Positions 17,822 to 26,616 of a DNA stretch of 64,000 bases are shown here, one piece after another. The translations under genes and the position numbers were made by a program. Position 1 is the first letter of the stretch. Each line of letters opens with the position of its first letter. The notes beneath the pieces were generated by a model. The model did no database searches and was not told the DNA's origin. It saw nothing but the letters and a program-made list of their open reading frames with translations. The stretch is from positions 32,001-96,000 of the forward strand of contig JBBRLQ010000016.1 of the NCBI GenBank assembly GCA_038231275.1, given 5' to 3'. This DNA is from Polyangiales bacterium. GTDB lineage: Bacteria; Myxococcota_A; Polyangia; Polyangiales; Polyangiaceae.

Positions 17822-20449
17822 ATGAGGAATGAGGGAATCTTGAGGGGACTTGCGGGCGCCTTTGCCCTCTCGTGCCTCGCTGTAGCTTGCGACACGTCGG
17901 ACGGCTCGTCGCGAACCGCGTCGTCTCCCACCGGGACGCTCGAGGGCACATCTCTCCTTCCGACGGAGCACGCAGCCGCCGTCGTCGCGCGCGCGACGTC
18001 CTTTCGCGAGAAGGGCCTCGCATTTACCCGCGACCGCGCCCGTGTCGTGGCGACACCCGTCGAGCGACAAGTCCTCCCAGCCGGGGGCCCGGTTGACGTT
18101 AAGGTGGTGAACGGACGGCTCGTGACGTTGGGCGGCGCTCTCCAGCGTTCGTTCGGCAAGGTCGCCAGCGAGCGTTTTTCGGTCCACGACGGTCCCACGG
18201 GCGTCGGAGCGCACGTCACCCTGCGCGGCGCGAGCGACGCTGCGGCCGAGCACGCCGGCTCCTATCTCGTGTACGCGAATGGGCACCCGCTGGGGGACGT
18301 CCTTCACCGCCTCACGAGCGATGGGGTCGAGGACTTCTTCGTTCTCGAGCATAAGCCCGCGGTCCCGTCCGTCTCCTACGACATCACGCTGGAAGCTTCC
18401 TCCGGTCTACGCCTTGTCGAGAACACTCTGGAGATCGTCGACGCTGCCGGCTCGCCGCGCGTTCGCGTCGCGCCTCCCTATCTCGTGGACTCCGCCGGCA
18501 CACGCCACGTCGCCGAGCTCTCGGTCGCGGGCTGCGCCGTCGACACCTCTCCCGCGCCGCCGTGGGGTCGCCGCATCGTGAACCCAGGCGCATCGACGTG
18601 CGAGGTTCGAGTCGGCTGGCATTCCGCCAAGGTCGAGTATCCCGCGCTGCTCGATCCCTCATGGCAGTCGGCCGGTAGCATGGCCAACGCGCGAAGCTCT
18701 CCGGCGGCCACCGTCTTGAACGACGGCCGAGTCCTCGTCTCCGGCGGCTACGACACGTCCGTCTTCAGCTCGGCGGAGCTCTTCGATCCGCACGTCGGAA
18801 CCTGGGCGACCACGGGAAGCATGGGGACGGTCCGCTTCTCTCATAGCAGTAACCTCGTCGCGAGCGGCTCGGTCCTCGCCGCCGGCGGCACCGACGGAAC
18901 GACGTCCCGGTCGTCCGCGGAGCTGTACAACCCCAGCAGCGGCACCTGGGCGGCAACCGGCTCGCTTGCGGGGCCGCGCGACACGCACCAAGCCGTTACC
19001 CTCTCGAACGGAACGGTGCTCGTCGTCGGCGGCTACAACGGAAGCACCGGCGGGCTCGCGACCGCGGAGTTGTTCTCTGGCTCGAGCTGGGCCGCCTCCG
19101 GCGCGATGAGCACGGTGCGACAGGGACACACGGCGACGCTACTCGGCAACGGCAGCATCCTCGTCGCGGGCGGTTATTCCGACACTGCGACCACGAGCTC
19201 GAGTGACGTTTGGACCTCTGGCGCTTTCGCCGCGGGCCCCGCGCTGACAACGCCGCGGTACGGGCACACCGGCACGCTGCTCGGCAGCGGATCGGTGCTT
19301 CTTGCGGGCGGAAAGGACGCGGCCGTCATTCTCCCAAGCGAGACCTGCGCGGCGACATGCGCGGCCTCCGGTAGCTTGACCGCAGGCCGCGCGTTTCACA
19401 GCGCTTCGCTCATGAGAGACGGGCGCGTCCTCGTGGCAGGAGGCGCCACCGGCGCGACGGCGCTCGCTTCGTCGGAGGTCTACTCCGCAGGCACCTTCAC
19501 GACGGACCAGCCGCTCGCAAACGCGCGTGAAGGGCAAGGCGCGGTCTTCTTGAAAGAGGGGCGCGCGTTCTTGGCGGGCGGCGACAACGTAACCAGCTCT
19601 CTCGCTTCTGCAGAGGTTTGGCCGCAGCCGACCGTGACCGCAACGCCCGGAGCCAACGCCGTTTCGGTCTCTTGGACCACGACACCCGGGAACACGACGG
19701 ACTATGTCGCCGTTGCCCCGGTCGGCGCACCGCCGTCCGTGACCACGAAGTTCGCCTATACGGGCGGCGCGGCCAGCGGCAACGTCAATCTCACGGGAAT
19801 CGGCGGCGGCACCTACGTGGCGCGCGTCTTCCTACAAAACAATCTGTGGATCACCGCAGAGACGAGCTCGTTCGTCGTCGCCGGAACAGGCACGACGGTA
19901 TCGCTCAACGCGGCTAGCGTGCTCACGTCTCCGTCGAACATCATCATCGACTACGCCGGCATGTCAGGGTCGTCGGTAGACTGGATTGCCATCGCGCCGG
20001 CGGGCTCGCCCAATACGACGTATACGCAATACAAGTACACGGGGGGCGCGCTCTCCGGCAGCGCGACATTTCCGAACATTCCGAATGGCACGTACGTCGC
20101 CCGAGCGTTTTTCAACAACTCCTACGTCAAGCAGGCCGAGACGGCATCCAGCTTCACGGTGACAGGTGGCGCGAGCGCGACGGTAACACTCGATGGGGCA
20201 AGCGTGCTGACCGCGCCGGGCACCGTCATCATCGACTACAGCAACATGTCAGGAGCGTCCACGGATTGGATTTCCATCGCGACCGCTGGCTCCGTAGACA
20301 CGAGCTACGTCGCTTGGGTCTACACCCGCGGAGCCACGAGCGGCAAAGCGACGTTTAACAACGTCGCCGCCGGATCCTATGTGGGGCGCGCCTATTTCAA
20401 CGACTCTTATACGAAGCAGGCCCAGACCTCGAGCTTCAACGTTCAGTAA
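17822..20449 (+). CDS. Kelch-repeat (galactose oxidase-like propeller) lipoprotein with three tandem C-terminal beta-sandwich repeats
   Basis: Lipobox LAVAC; YPALLDPSW followed by repeated R..H.AT.L..G.VLV.GG....SAELY.P; three D(W/Y)(I/V).IA..G...Y.YT.G..SG...YV.RAF repeats. Confidence 0.85.
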   Translation: MRNEGILRGLAGAFALSCLAVACDTSDGSSRTASSPTGTLEGTSLLPTEHAAAVVARATSFREKGLAFTRDRARVVATPVERQVLPAGGPVDVKVVNGRLVTLGGALQRSFGKVASERFSVHDGPTGVGAHVTLRGASDAAAEHAGSYLVYANGHPLGDVLHRLTSDGVEDFFVLEHKPAVPSVSYDITLEASSGLRLVENTLEIVDAAGSPRVRVAPPYLVDSAGTRHVAELSVAGCAVDTSPAPPWGRRIVNPGASTCEVRVGWHSAKVEYPALLDPSWQSAGSMANARSSPAATVLNDGRVLVSGGYDTSVFSSAELFDPHVGTWATTGSMGTVRFSHSSNLVASGSVLAAGGTDGTTSRSSAELYNPSSGTWAATGSLAGPRDTHQAVTLSNGTVLVVGGYNGSTGGLATAELFSGSSWAASGAMSTVRQGHTATLLGNGSILVAGGYSDTATTSSSDVWTSGAFAAGPALTTPRYGHTGTLLGSGSVLLAGGKDAAVILPSETCAATCAASGSLTAGRAFHSASLMRDGRVLVAGGATGATALASSEVYSAGTFTTDQPLANAREGQGAVFLKEGRAFLAGGDNVTSSLASAEVWPQPTVTATPGANAVSVSWTTTPGNTTDYVAVAPVGAPPSVTTKFAYTGGAASGNVNLTGIGGGTYVARVFLQNNLWITAETSSFVVAGTGTTVSLNAASVLTSPSNIIIDYAGMSGSSVDWIAIAPAGSPNTTYTQYKYTGGALSGSATFPNIPNGTYVARAFFNNSYVKQAETASSFTVTGGASATVTLDGASVLTAPGTVIIDYSNMSGASTDWISIATAGSVDTSYVAWVYTRGATSGKATFNNVAAGSYVGRAYFNDSYTKQAQTSSFNVQ

Positions 20450-20554
20450 GGGGACTGCCTCGAAGAGCGGCGGCTGCGGGCTCTGCAGCTGCCGCTCACC
20501 ATTTAAGGGGTGTAGACTCGCGGGCTGGATTGCACGCCATCGGGGCATCGGACA

Positions 20555-22207
20555 ATGGTATCGCTCGCCGTCATTCAAGCGCGCTCGACCAGCACGCGCC
20601 TCGCTCGCAAGGCCTTGATGCCCATCGCTTCGGTTCCGATGGCGGGTCTGGCGGCGCTAAGGGCCAAAAACTGCGGTCTCACGACGATCGTGGCGACTTC
20701 TTCGGATCCAACCGATGACGAGCTTGCCTTCACCCTTCGTGGGCTTGGGGTCGCTGTCGTACGGGGTCCACTCGACGATGTGCTCGGCCGCTTCGAGGTC
20801 GCCCTCGCCAATGTGCCGAACGAGGCAACTGTGGTTCGCTTGACCGCCGACAACGTCATTCCAGACGGCGCATTGTTGCGCGAGCTGATCGCCTCGTTCG
20901 AGGGTAGCGGTGTCGACTACCTCGCAACGCGATGGCCCGAGGACCGAATGCCTTATGGACTCAGCGCCGAGGTGTTCACGGCCGGTATGCTGCGAGGCGC
21001 GTCTCGAGCTGCGACCACGCCGCATGATCGGGAGCACGTCACACCGTGGATCCGTCGGCATACGCAAGGCGGAGGCTTCCGACCGCGGGAGCTCGGGGAC
21101 ACCGACCTGAGTCATCTTCGGTGCACGGTCGACGACGTCGAGGACTACGAGCGCATCGCCCGATTGTTCGACGGCGTCGACGATCCCGTGGGGGCGCACT
21201 GGCTCGCTTTGGTACGCGCGCTCCAGAGGCTCCCTGGCGAGCCCGCATTTCGGATTCCGTATCGCCGCGTCGGCGACACGCTTCACTCCGAGATGACTCT
21301 CGGCACCGTGCAACTGGGCGTCGATTACGGCATCGTGAATCGCACGGGAAAGCCCGCCGAGGGCGACGCCCAGAACATCGTTCGCGCGGCCATCGCTCAC
21401 GGCGTCACGAGCCTCGACACGGCCCGCGGCTACGGCGACTCCGAGCGCGTGATAGGGCAAGCGTTGGCTGGAGCGTGGCGCTCACGTGTCACAGTAGTAA
21501 CCAAGCTGGACCCACTCGCCGATCTCGCGCACGATGCCCGCCGAGTCGAGGTATCCCGCGCGGTCAGGAAGAGTGTGGAGGCATCGTGCGCGGCGCTGGA
21601 GACGAACACGTTGCCCACCTTGCTCCTTCACCGTTGGGCGCACCGGGACGCATGGAAGGGAGCCGCGTGGTCCACGCTCCTGGATCTCCGCGCAGAAGGG
21701 ACGATCGGACGGCTTGGCGCCTCGGTGTACGATCCAGAGGAGGCGCGCTGTGCCCTCGAGGACCTCGACGTCGTCCATCTGCAGTTGCCGTTCAATCTGC
21801 TCGATAGGCGATGGCAAGCCGCCGGGGTGGACGAGAGCGCGCAAGCCCGCGCGGACGTCGTCATCCACGCTCGAAGCGCGCTCTTGCAAGGCCTCCTCGC
21901 GCACGGGGCCGAGCGATGGCCCCCCATTCCAGGGCTGGACGCCGCGCGCGTGACCCGCGCGGTCTCCGAGCAGGCCGGGCGGCTCGGTCGAGCCAGCGTG
22001 GTCGATCTGTGCCTCGCCTTCGTGCGTGCGCAAGATTGGATCACGAGCGTCGTCGTCGGGTGTGAAACGGTGTATCAGTTGTCGGAGAATTTGGGGCTGT
22101 TCCGCACGCCGCGTCTAACGGCTGCGGAATGTGAAGAGGTCGCCCGCGCAGTCCCCGAGGTTCCTTCGCGGCTGCTGAACCCTGCCAAGTGGAGGAGCGA
22201 CGAATGA
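20555..22207 (+). CDS. Fusion: SpsF-like cytidylyltransferase (N-term) plus aldo/keto reductase (C-term)
   Basis: VIQARSTSTRL..K, VATS....DD, RG..DDVL.RF, VRLTADN, REHVTPWI, TVD..ED; then LGTVQLG..YG, DTARGYGDSE..IG, VTKL, LLLH, GASVY, LQLPFNLLD, ARS.LLQGLL. Confidence 0.88.
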   Translation: MVSLAVIQARSTSTRLARKALMPIASVPMAGLAALRAKNCGLTTIVATSSDPTDDELAFTLRGLGVAVVRGPLDDVLGRFEVALANVPNEATVVRLTADNVIPDGALLRELIASFEGSGVDYLATRWPEDRMPYGLSAEVFTAGMLRGASRAATTPHDREHVTPWIRRHTQGGGFRPRELGDTDLSHLRCTVDDVEDYERIARLFDGVDDPVGAHWLALVRALQRLPGEPAFRIPYRRVGDTLHSEMTLGTVQLGVDYGIVNRTGKPAEGDAQNIVRAAIAHGVTSLDTARGYGDSERVIGQALAGAWRSRVTVVTKLDPLADLAHDARRVEVSRAVRKSVEASCAALETNTLPTLLLHRWAHRDAWKGAAWSTLLDLRAEGTIGRLGASVYDPEEARCALEDLDVVHLQLPFNLLDRRWQAAGVDESAQARADVVIHARSALLQGLLAHGAERWPPIPGLDAARVTRAVSEQAGRLGRASVVDLCLAFVRAQDWITSVVVGCETVYQLSENLGLFRTPRLTAAECEEVARAVPEVPSRLLNPAKWRSDE

Positions 22208-23025
22208 CTTCGACCGGCGTAGCGCAGGGCGATCTATTTCGGCTCGACGGCCGGGTCGCGTTCCTTTCGGGGGCGCCAGGGCTCCTCGGCCGCCCGATCG
22301 CGCACGCGCTCGCCGCGGCAGGAGCGCACGTCATCCTCAATTCGCGCAACGAGGACAAGCTTCGGGTGTTGGCGACGACGCTGGCGACGCAGGGCCTCAA
22401 GGCGTCCGTTGCCTGCTTCGACGTGACCGACGACGCAGCGATGACCGTGGCGATCGAGCGCATCGCCGACGAGTTCGGTCGCCTCGACGTCTTGGTAAAT
22501 AACGCAGCGTCCGGCCGGCCCGGAACCATCGAAACCGCCACACTCGCCGACTTCGACGCGGCCTATAGGGTTAACGTCACCGCCTCATTTCGCCTGGTGC
22601 AGGTCGCCCTGCCGCTTCTCACGAACGCGGGTGCGATGACCCCCGGGGGTGCCTCCGTGATCAATGTCTCCTCCATGTACGGGAGCGTCAGTCCGGACCC
22701 GAGCATTTACGGAACCAGCGGCGCCAACAACCCGCCCTACTATGGCGCTGCGAAGGCAGCGCTCCTGCAGCTCACGCGCTACGAAGCGTGCCACTTGGCC
22801 CCGCGACGAATTCGCTGCAACAGCGTGAGCCCGGGGCCCTTCCCGGCGAGAGGGTACCTCACGAACGACCCCAAATTCGAAGCGTTGCTCCAGTCGAAGA
22901 CTCCGATGCGCCGCACCGGCGACCCGGACGAGCTCCGCGGCCCCGTCTTGTTCCTAGCCTCCGACGCTTCGTCGTACGTCACGGGGACCAACCTCCCCGT
23001 AGACGGCGGCTGGACGGCCTGGTGA
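22204..23025 (+). CDS. SDR family oxidoreductase (PtmA/gluconate-5-dehydrogenase-like)
   Basis: SGAPGLLG, LDVLVNNA, NVSSMYG, YGAAK, NSVSPG, VDGGWTAW; ATGA overlap. Confidence 0.88.
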   Translation: MTSTGVAQGDLFRLDGRVAFLSGAPGLLGRPIAHALAAAGAHVILNSRNEDKLRVLATTLATQGLKASVACFDVTDDAAMTVAIERIADEFGRLDVLVNNAASGRPGTIETATLADFDAAYRVNVTASFRLVQVALPLLTNAGAMTPGGASVINVSSMYGSVSPDPSIYGTSGANNPPYYGAAKAALLQLTRYEACHLAPRRIRCNSVSPGPFPARGYLTNDPKFEALLQSKTPMRRTGDPDELRGPVLFLASDASSYVTGTNLPVDGGWTAW

Positions 23026-23141
23026 GTCGACTCGTCCCCGCCGTCCATTTCTCGTGAATTGAGCAGGCTCCTATGGCATCAAAGAGCCGCAACAACGACC
23101 GCGCGGAGCGCGGGGATACGCGGACCTAGCTCCGCATCGCG

Positions 23142-24605
23142 ATGCTCTTCAATTCCCTTCAGTTCTTGCTCTTCTTCCCGCTTGTAACGGCCGGGTATTT
23201 TTTTCTGCCGCATCGGGTGCGCTGGGCATGGCTCCTCGGGGCCAGTTGCCTCTTCTACATGGCCTTCGTGCCGGCCTACATTCTCATCCTCGGATTCACG
23301 ATCGTCATCGACTACGTCGCCGGCATCCTCATCGAGGGGGCCACAGCGCGTTGGCGCAAGACCTACTTGGTCCTCAGCCTGGTCTCCAACATCGGGTTCC
23401 TCGCGTTTTTCAAGTACGCCAATTTCTTCATCGAGAACACGAACGTCGTCGCTGGCTGGACGGGTGGGCACCCACTCCCGATCATGGGCATCGTGCTGCC
23501 CATCGGTCTCTCCTTTCACACGTTCCAGGCGATGGCCTACACCATCGAGGTCTATCGTGGGAACCAGAAGGCGGAGCGTCACTTCGGCATCTACGCGCTG
23601 TACGTCCTCTTCTATCCACAGCTCGTCGCCGGTCCGATCGAGCGGCCGCAGAACATCCTGCATCAACTGAAGGAGCGGCACCAGTTTGATCCGGCCGCCG
23701 CGTCGCGCGGGCTCCAGCTGATGGCGTGGGGATTTTTTCAAAAGGTCGTAGTCGCCGACCGACTGGCAAAGCTGGCCAATCCAATCTTCGATCACGTCCA
23801 GGAGAACCACGGCCTCCTGCTCGCGCTGGCCGCCGTCGCTTTCACGTTCCAAATATACTTCGACTTTGCAGGATATTCTGACATCGCCATCGGCGCTGCG
23901 GAGGTAATGGGCATTCGGCTCATGACGAACTTCCGGCAGCCCTTCTTTTCATCGTCGATTTCCGAGTTCTGGTCACGCTGGCATATTTCTCTATCCACGT
24001 GGTTCCGAGATTACCTCTACATCCCGCTGGGAGGGAATCGGGTCTCCGTACCGCGATGGTATGCGAATCTGGCCATCGTATTCTTGGTCAGCGGCTTCTG
24101 GCACGGCGCCCGCTGGAATTTCATCGTCTGGGGCGGTCTCCATGGGATGTACCTGATCGTGGCGCTGATCCTTGCCCCTCACCTGCCCCGCGCCCTCCGC
24201 GATACATCGAGGTTCTGGGTGCGCGGATGGAACGTCGGGAGCACTTTCTGCCTGGTGTGCCTGGCCTTCGTCTTCTTCCGCGCGGTTCGTTTCGACGACG
24301 CAGTCTTCTTGATCCGGCACATTCCCACCGGGTTTTCCGAGGATCTCGCGCGCCTCGTCGTTCGTCACGACGTCGTGGGGCTGATGCACGGCAAGGGTCT
24401 CCCAGCGCCAAAGGAATGGGCCGTGATGCTCGTCGGTCTCCTCGCGACGCTGGTGGTCCAGCAGCTTCAGCAGAAGGGATCCGTGCGTGCTCGGCTCGCG
24501 CTCGCCCCGCCCTGGATTCGATGGCCCGCTTACTCGGCGCTCGCGTACTCGTGCGTCCTATTCGGAAACTCGGGCGGCGCGCAGTTCATCTATTTTCAAT
24601 TTTGA
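23142..24605 (+). CDS. MBOAT family O-acyltransferase (AlgI/PatA type)
   Basis: MLFNS, FFKY.NF, LPIGLSF.TFQ, FYPQLVAGPIER, QIYFDFAGYSDIAIG, FW.RWHISLSTW.RDYLYIPLGGNR, SG.WHGA, C-terminal FIYFQF. Confidence 0.94.
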   Translation: MLFNSLQFLLFFPLVTAGYFFLPHRVRWAWLLGASCLFYMAFVPAYILILGFTIVIDYVAGILIEGATARWRKTYLVLSLVSNIGFLAFFKYANFFIENTNVVAGWTGGHPLPIMGIVLPIGLSFHTFQAMAYTIEVYRGNQKAERHFGIYALYVLFYPQLVAGPIERPQNILHQLKERHQFDPAAASRGLQLMAWGFFQKVVVADRLAKLANPIFDHVQENHGLLLALAAVAFTFQIYFDFAGYSDIAIGAAEVMGIRLMTNFRQPFFSSSISEFWSRWHISLSTWFRDYLYIPLGGNRVSVPRWYANLAIVFLVSGFWHGARWNFIVWGGLHGMYLIVALILAPHLPRALRDTSRFWVRGWNVGSTFCLVCLAFVFFRAVRFDDAVFLIRHIPTGFSEDLARLVVRHDVVGLMHGKGLPAPKEWAVMLVGLLATLVVQQLQQKGSVRARLALAPPWIRWPAYSALAYSCVLFGNSGGAQFIYFQF

Positions 24606-24610
24606 GCTCA

Positions 24611-25639
24611 ATGGCATCGCACAGCGGCAGATCGATTTCGGTATTCTTTGCGAAGGCCATTGCGCTCGCATGCCCGTTCATCTTTGTGGTTGCCTCCTAC
24701 GTCGCGTGGGACCCTTTCATGGTCCTGCGGGCGCACAGTTTCGGGAACTACTACGACGTCGCGGCCCCCGTGGAGGTAAACCGCGACTACGTGTCGCTCG
24801 AGATCTTCGAGGCGCAAAACGTTGCGCAACGGTACGACTCGTTCATCTTCGGAAGCTCGAGATCGTTCCCGTTCCACTGCGACGACTGGCAGCCTTACAT
24901 CGGTGGCGGGAAGCCTTTTCACTACCCCGCCGCCTCGGAGAATCTTTACGGGATCCGCGCAAAGCTCCGCTATCTAGACGAGCGCGGCGTGTCGCTGTCG
25001 CACGTGCTCTTCGAGGTCGTCGACGCGGCACTCGCGGGGGTTACGCCGCGCACCGATCATCTCCATCGGTTGCCGCGACGCATCACTGGAGAGAGCTGGC
25101 TCGAATTTCAAGAGACGTTCGTTGCGGCCTACTTCACCGAATTTTTCTTTGCAAAGTACATTCAATACAAGGTGACAGGGCGCGTCCCGACGCACGCGGT
25201 GTCTGCCCTCGGGGTCCACGCAGGAGACTTCCGAATCGACCCGTTCACGAACGACTTCTTCTTCGAGGCTCGGGAGCGAGAGCTTGCCGCGGATCCCGTC
25301 GCGTACTATCGGCGCCGGGCGGACGATTTTCCGGTGCTCGGCGCACCCCCACCGTGCGCGGACCCAGTCCTCAGCGCACAGAGCAGGACCTATCTCCGAG
25401 AGATTCGCGATCTCTTCGCCAAGCACGGGACGCAATACCGCGTCCTCATTTCGTCGGTCTATGGGGGCGCGTGCCTCGATCGCGGGGACTTGTCGGGGCT
25501 TCGGGAGATCTTCGGAGAAAAAAGCGTGCTTGACCTCAGCGGGAGCAACGACCTCTCGAACGAGGCGACGAACTTCTACGACTCGACTCACCTGCGGCCG
25601 GAGGCCGCTCGACGCGTCTTGTCCGCCCTCTACCAGTAG
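24611..25639 (+). CDS. MBOAT partner, SGNH-like periplasmic protein (AlgJ/DltD-like)
   Basis: N-terminal TM, IFGSSRS (GxS block I), C-terminal FYDSTH (DxxH); 5 nt after the MBOAT stop. Confidence 0.72.
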   Translation: MASHSGRSISVFFAKAIALACPFIFVVASYVAWDPFMVLRAHSFGNYYDVAAPVEVNRDYVSLEIFEAQNVAQRYDSFIFGSSRSFPFHCDDWQPYIGGGKPFHYPAASENLYGIRAKLRYLDERGVSLSHVLFEVVDAALAGVTPRTDHLHRLPRRITGESWLEFQETFVAAYFTEFFFAKYIQYKVTGRVPTHAVSALGVHAGDFRIDPFTNDFFFEARERELAADPVAYYRRRADDFPVLGAPPPCADPVLSAQSRTYLREIRDLFAKHGTQYRVLISSVYGGACLDRGDLSGLREIFGEKSVLDLSGSNDLSNEATNFYDSTHLRPEAARRVLSALYQ

Positions 25640-25645
25640 GGAAGC

Positions 25646-26464
25646 TCACCCTCGACGGCCGCGCAGCAGGACGCGCGCCTGCCATGCAAGGCCTGCCGTC
25701 GCCGCGCTCCACCACATGCTCGGCGCATCCGCCCCGATGCGTGTGAGGATGCGCGCCGCGTAGCCGTCCGGCGCGAGAGCCGTCGCGCGCTGAAGCGCAC
25801 GCCGGTACGCGACGCGCGGTGGACGCGTGGCGAGGGTATCGCGTACCTCACGCCAGACGACATCACCGCGGGTCGTCGTAAGCCAGTCCGCGACAACCCA
25901 GGCGATTGTGACGGCATGGGCCGACCTCGCGCGATCGACGAGAACGGCGACGTCGAAGCCCGGTTGACGCGCGATGCGGACGAGATCTTCCAACGCCCAG
26001 GGCGCGGCGAGGACAATCTTGTCTTTGAACACGTTCACACACAGCAAGAGCGCGTGGTCGTGGAGCTCGGGCAGGGCCGGTCCGTCGGAGCTCGTCGCGC
26101 GCCTCAGCATGTCGGCGACGGACAGCGCACACAGGCCGGGCGGCCCAACGGTCCCTTCGACGTCGAACATGATACCCGCGACTTCGAACACGACGTTGGA
26201 GTATGCCGGCGCCCAAGCGAGCTCCTTCCAACCAGAGCGCCGCGCGACGTCACGAACGGACACAATGTCCGCGGGGACGACCCTGATGTCGACGTCGGCG
26301 ATGGGCCGTTCCCAAGGCTCGGCGTAGAGCTGGTACGCGGTGACGACTCCCTTCACCGGCAAGGCGCGCACGCCGGCGTCTGCTAACCCCCTCAGGACCC
26401 GAACCAATGCGGCCCGCGCAGTCGCGTGCAGGAGTGCTTGGGCGCGCGGGTCTTCGGGATCCAT
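25646..26464 (-). CDS. Nucleotidyltransferase family protein (NTP_transf_5-like)
   Basis: L..AGV.ALPVKG......LY.....R...DVDI.V motif. Confidence 0.75.
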   Translation of the reverse strand: MDPEDPRAQALLHATARAALVRVLRGLADAGVRALPVKGVVTAYQLYAEPWERPIADVDIRVVPADIVSVRDVARRSGWKELAWAPAYSNVVFEVAGIMFDVEGTVGPPGLCALSVADMLRRATSSDGPALPELHDHALLLCVNVFKDKIVLAAPWALEDLVRIARQPGFDVAVLVDRARSAHAVTIAWVVADWLTTTRGDVVWREVRDTLATRPPRVAYRRALQRATALAPDGYAARILTRIGADAPSMWWSAATAGLAWQARVLLRGRRG

Positions 26465-26616
26465 CGCCCCTGAAAATTGCACAAAATGCTAGCAATATCA
26501 ACCCGATATGCCTGGGGCTGAGGACCGACGCCTATCACACACGAATGCGGCTTGCCTTGAATGCACCCAACTGGCAGAACGCGGTACCGGTAAGCCGGTG
26601 AAATTCAAAGAACATC

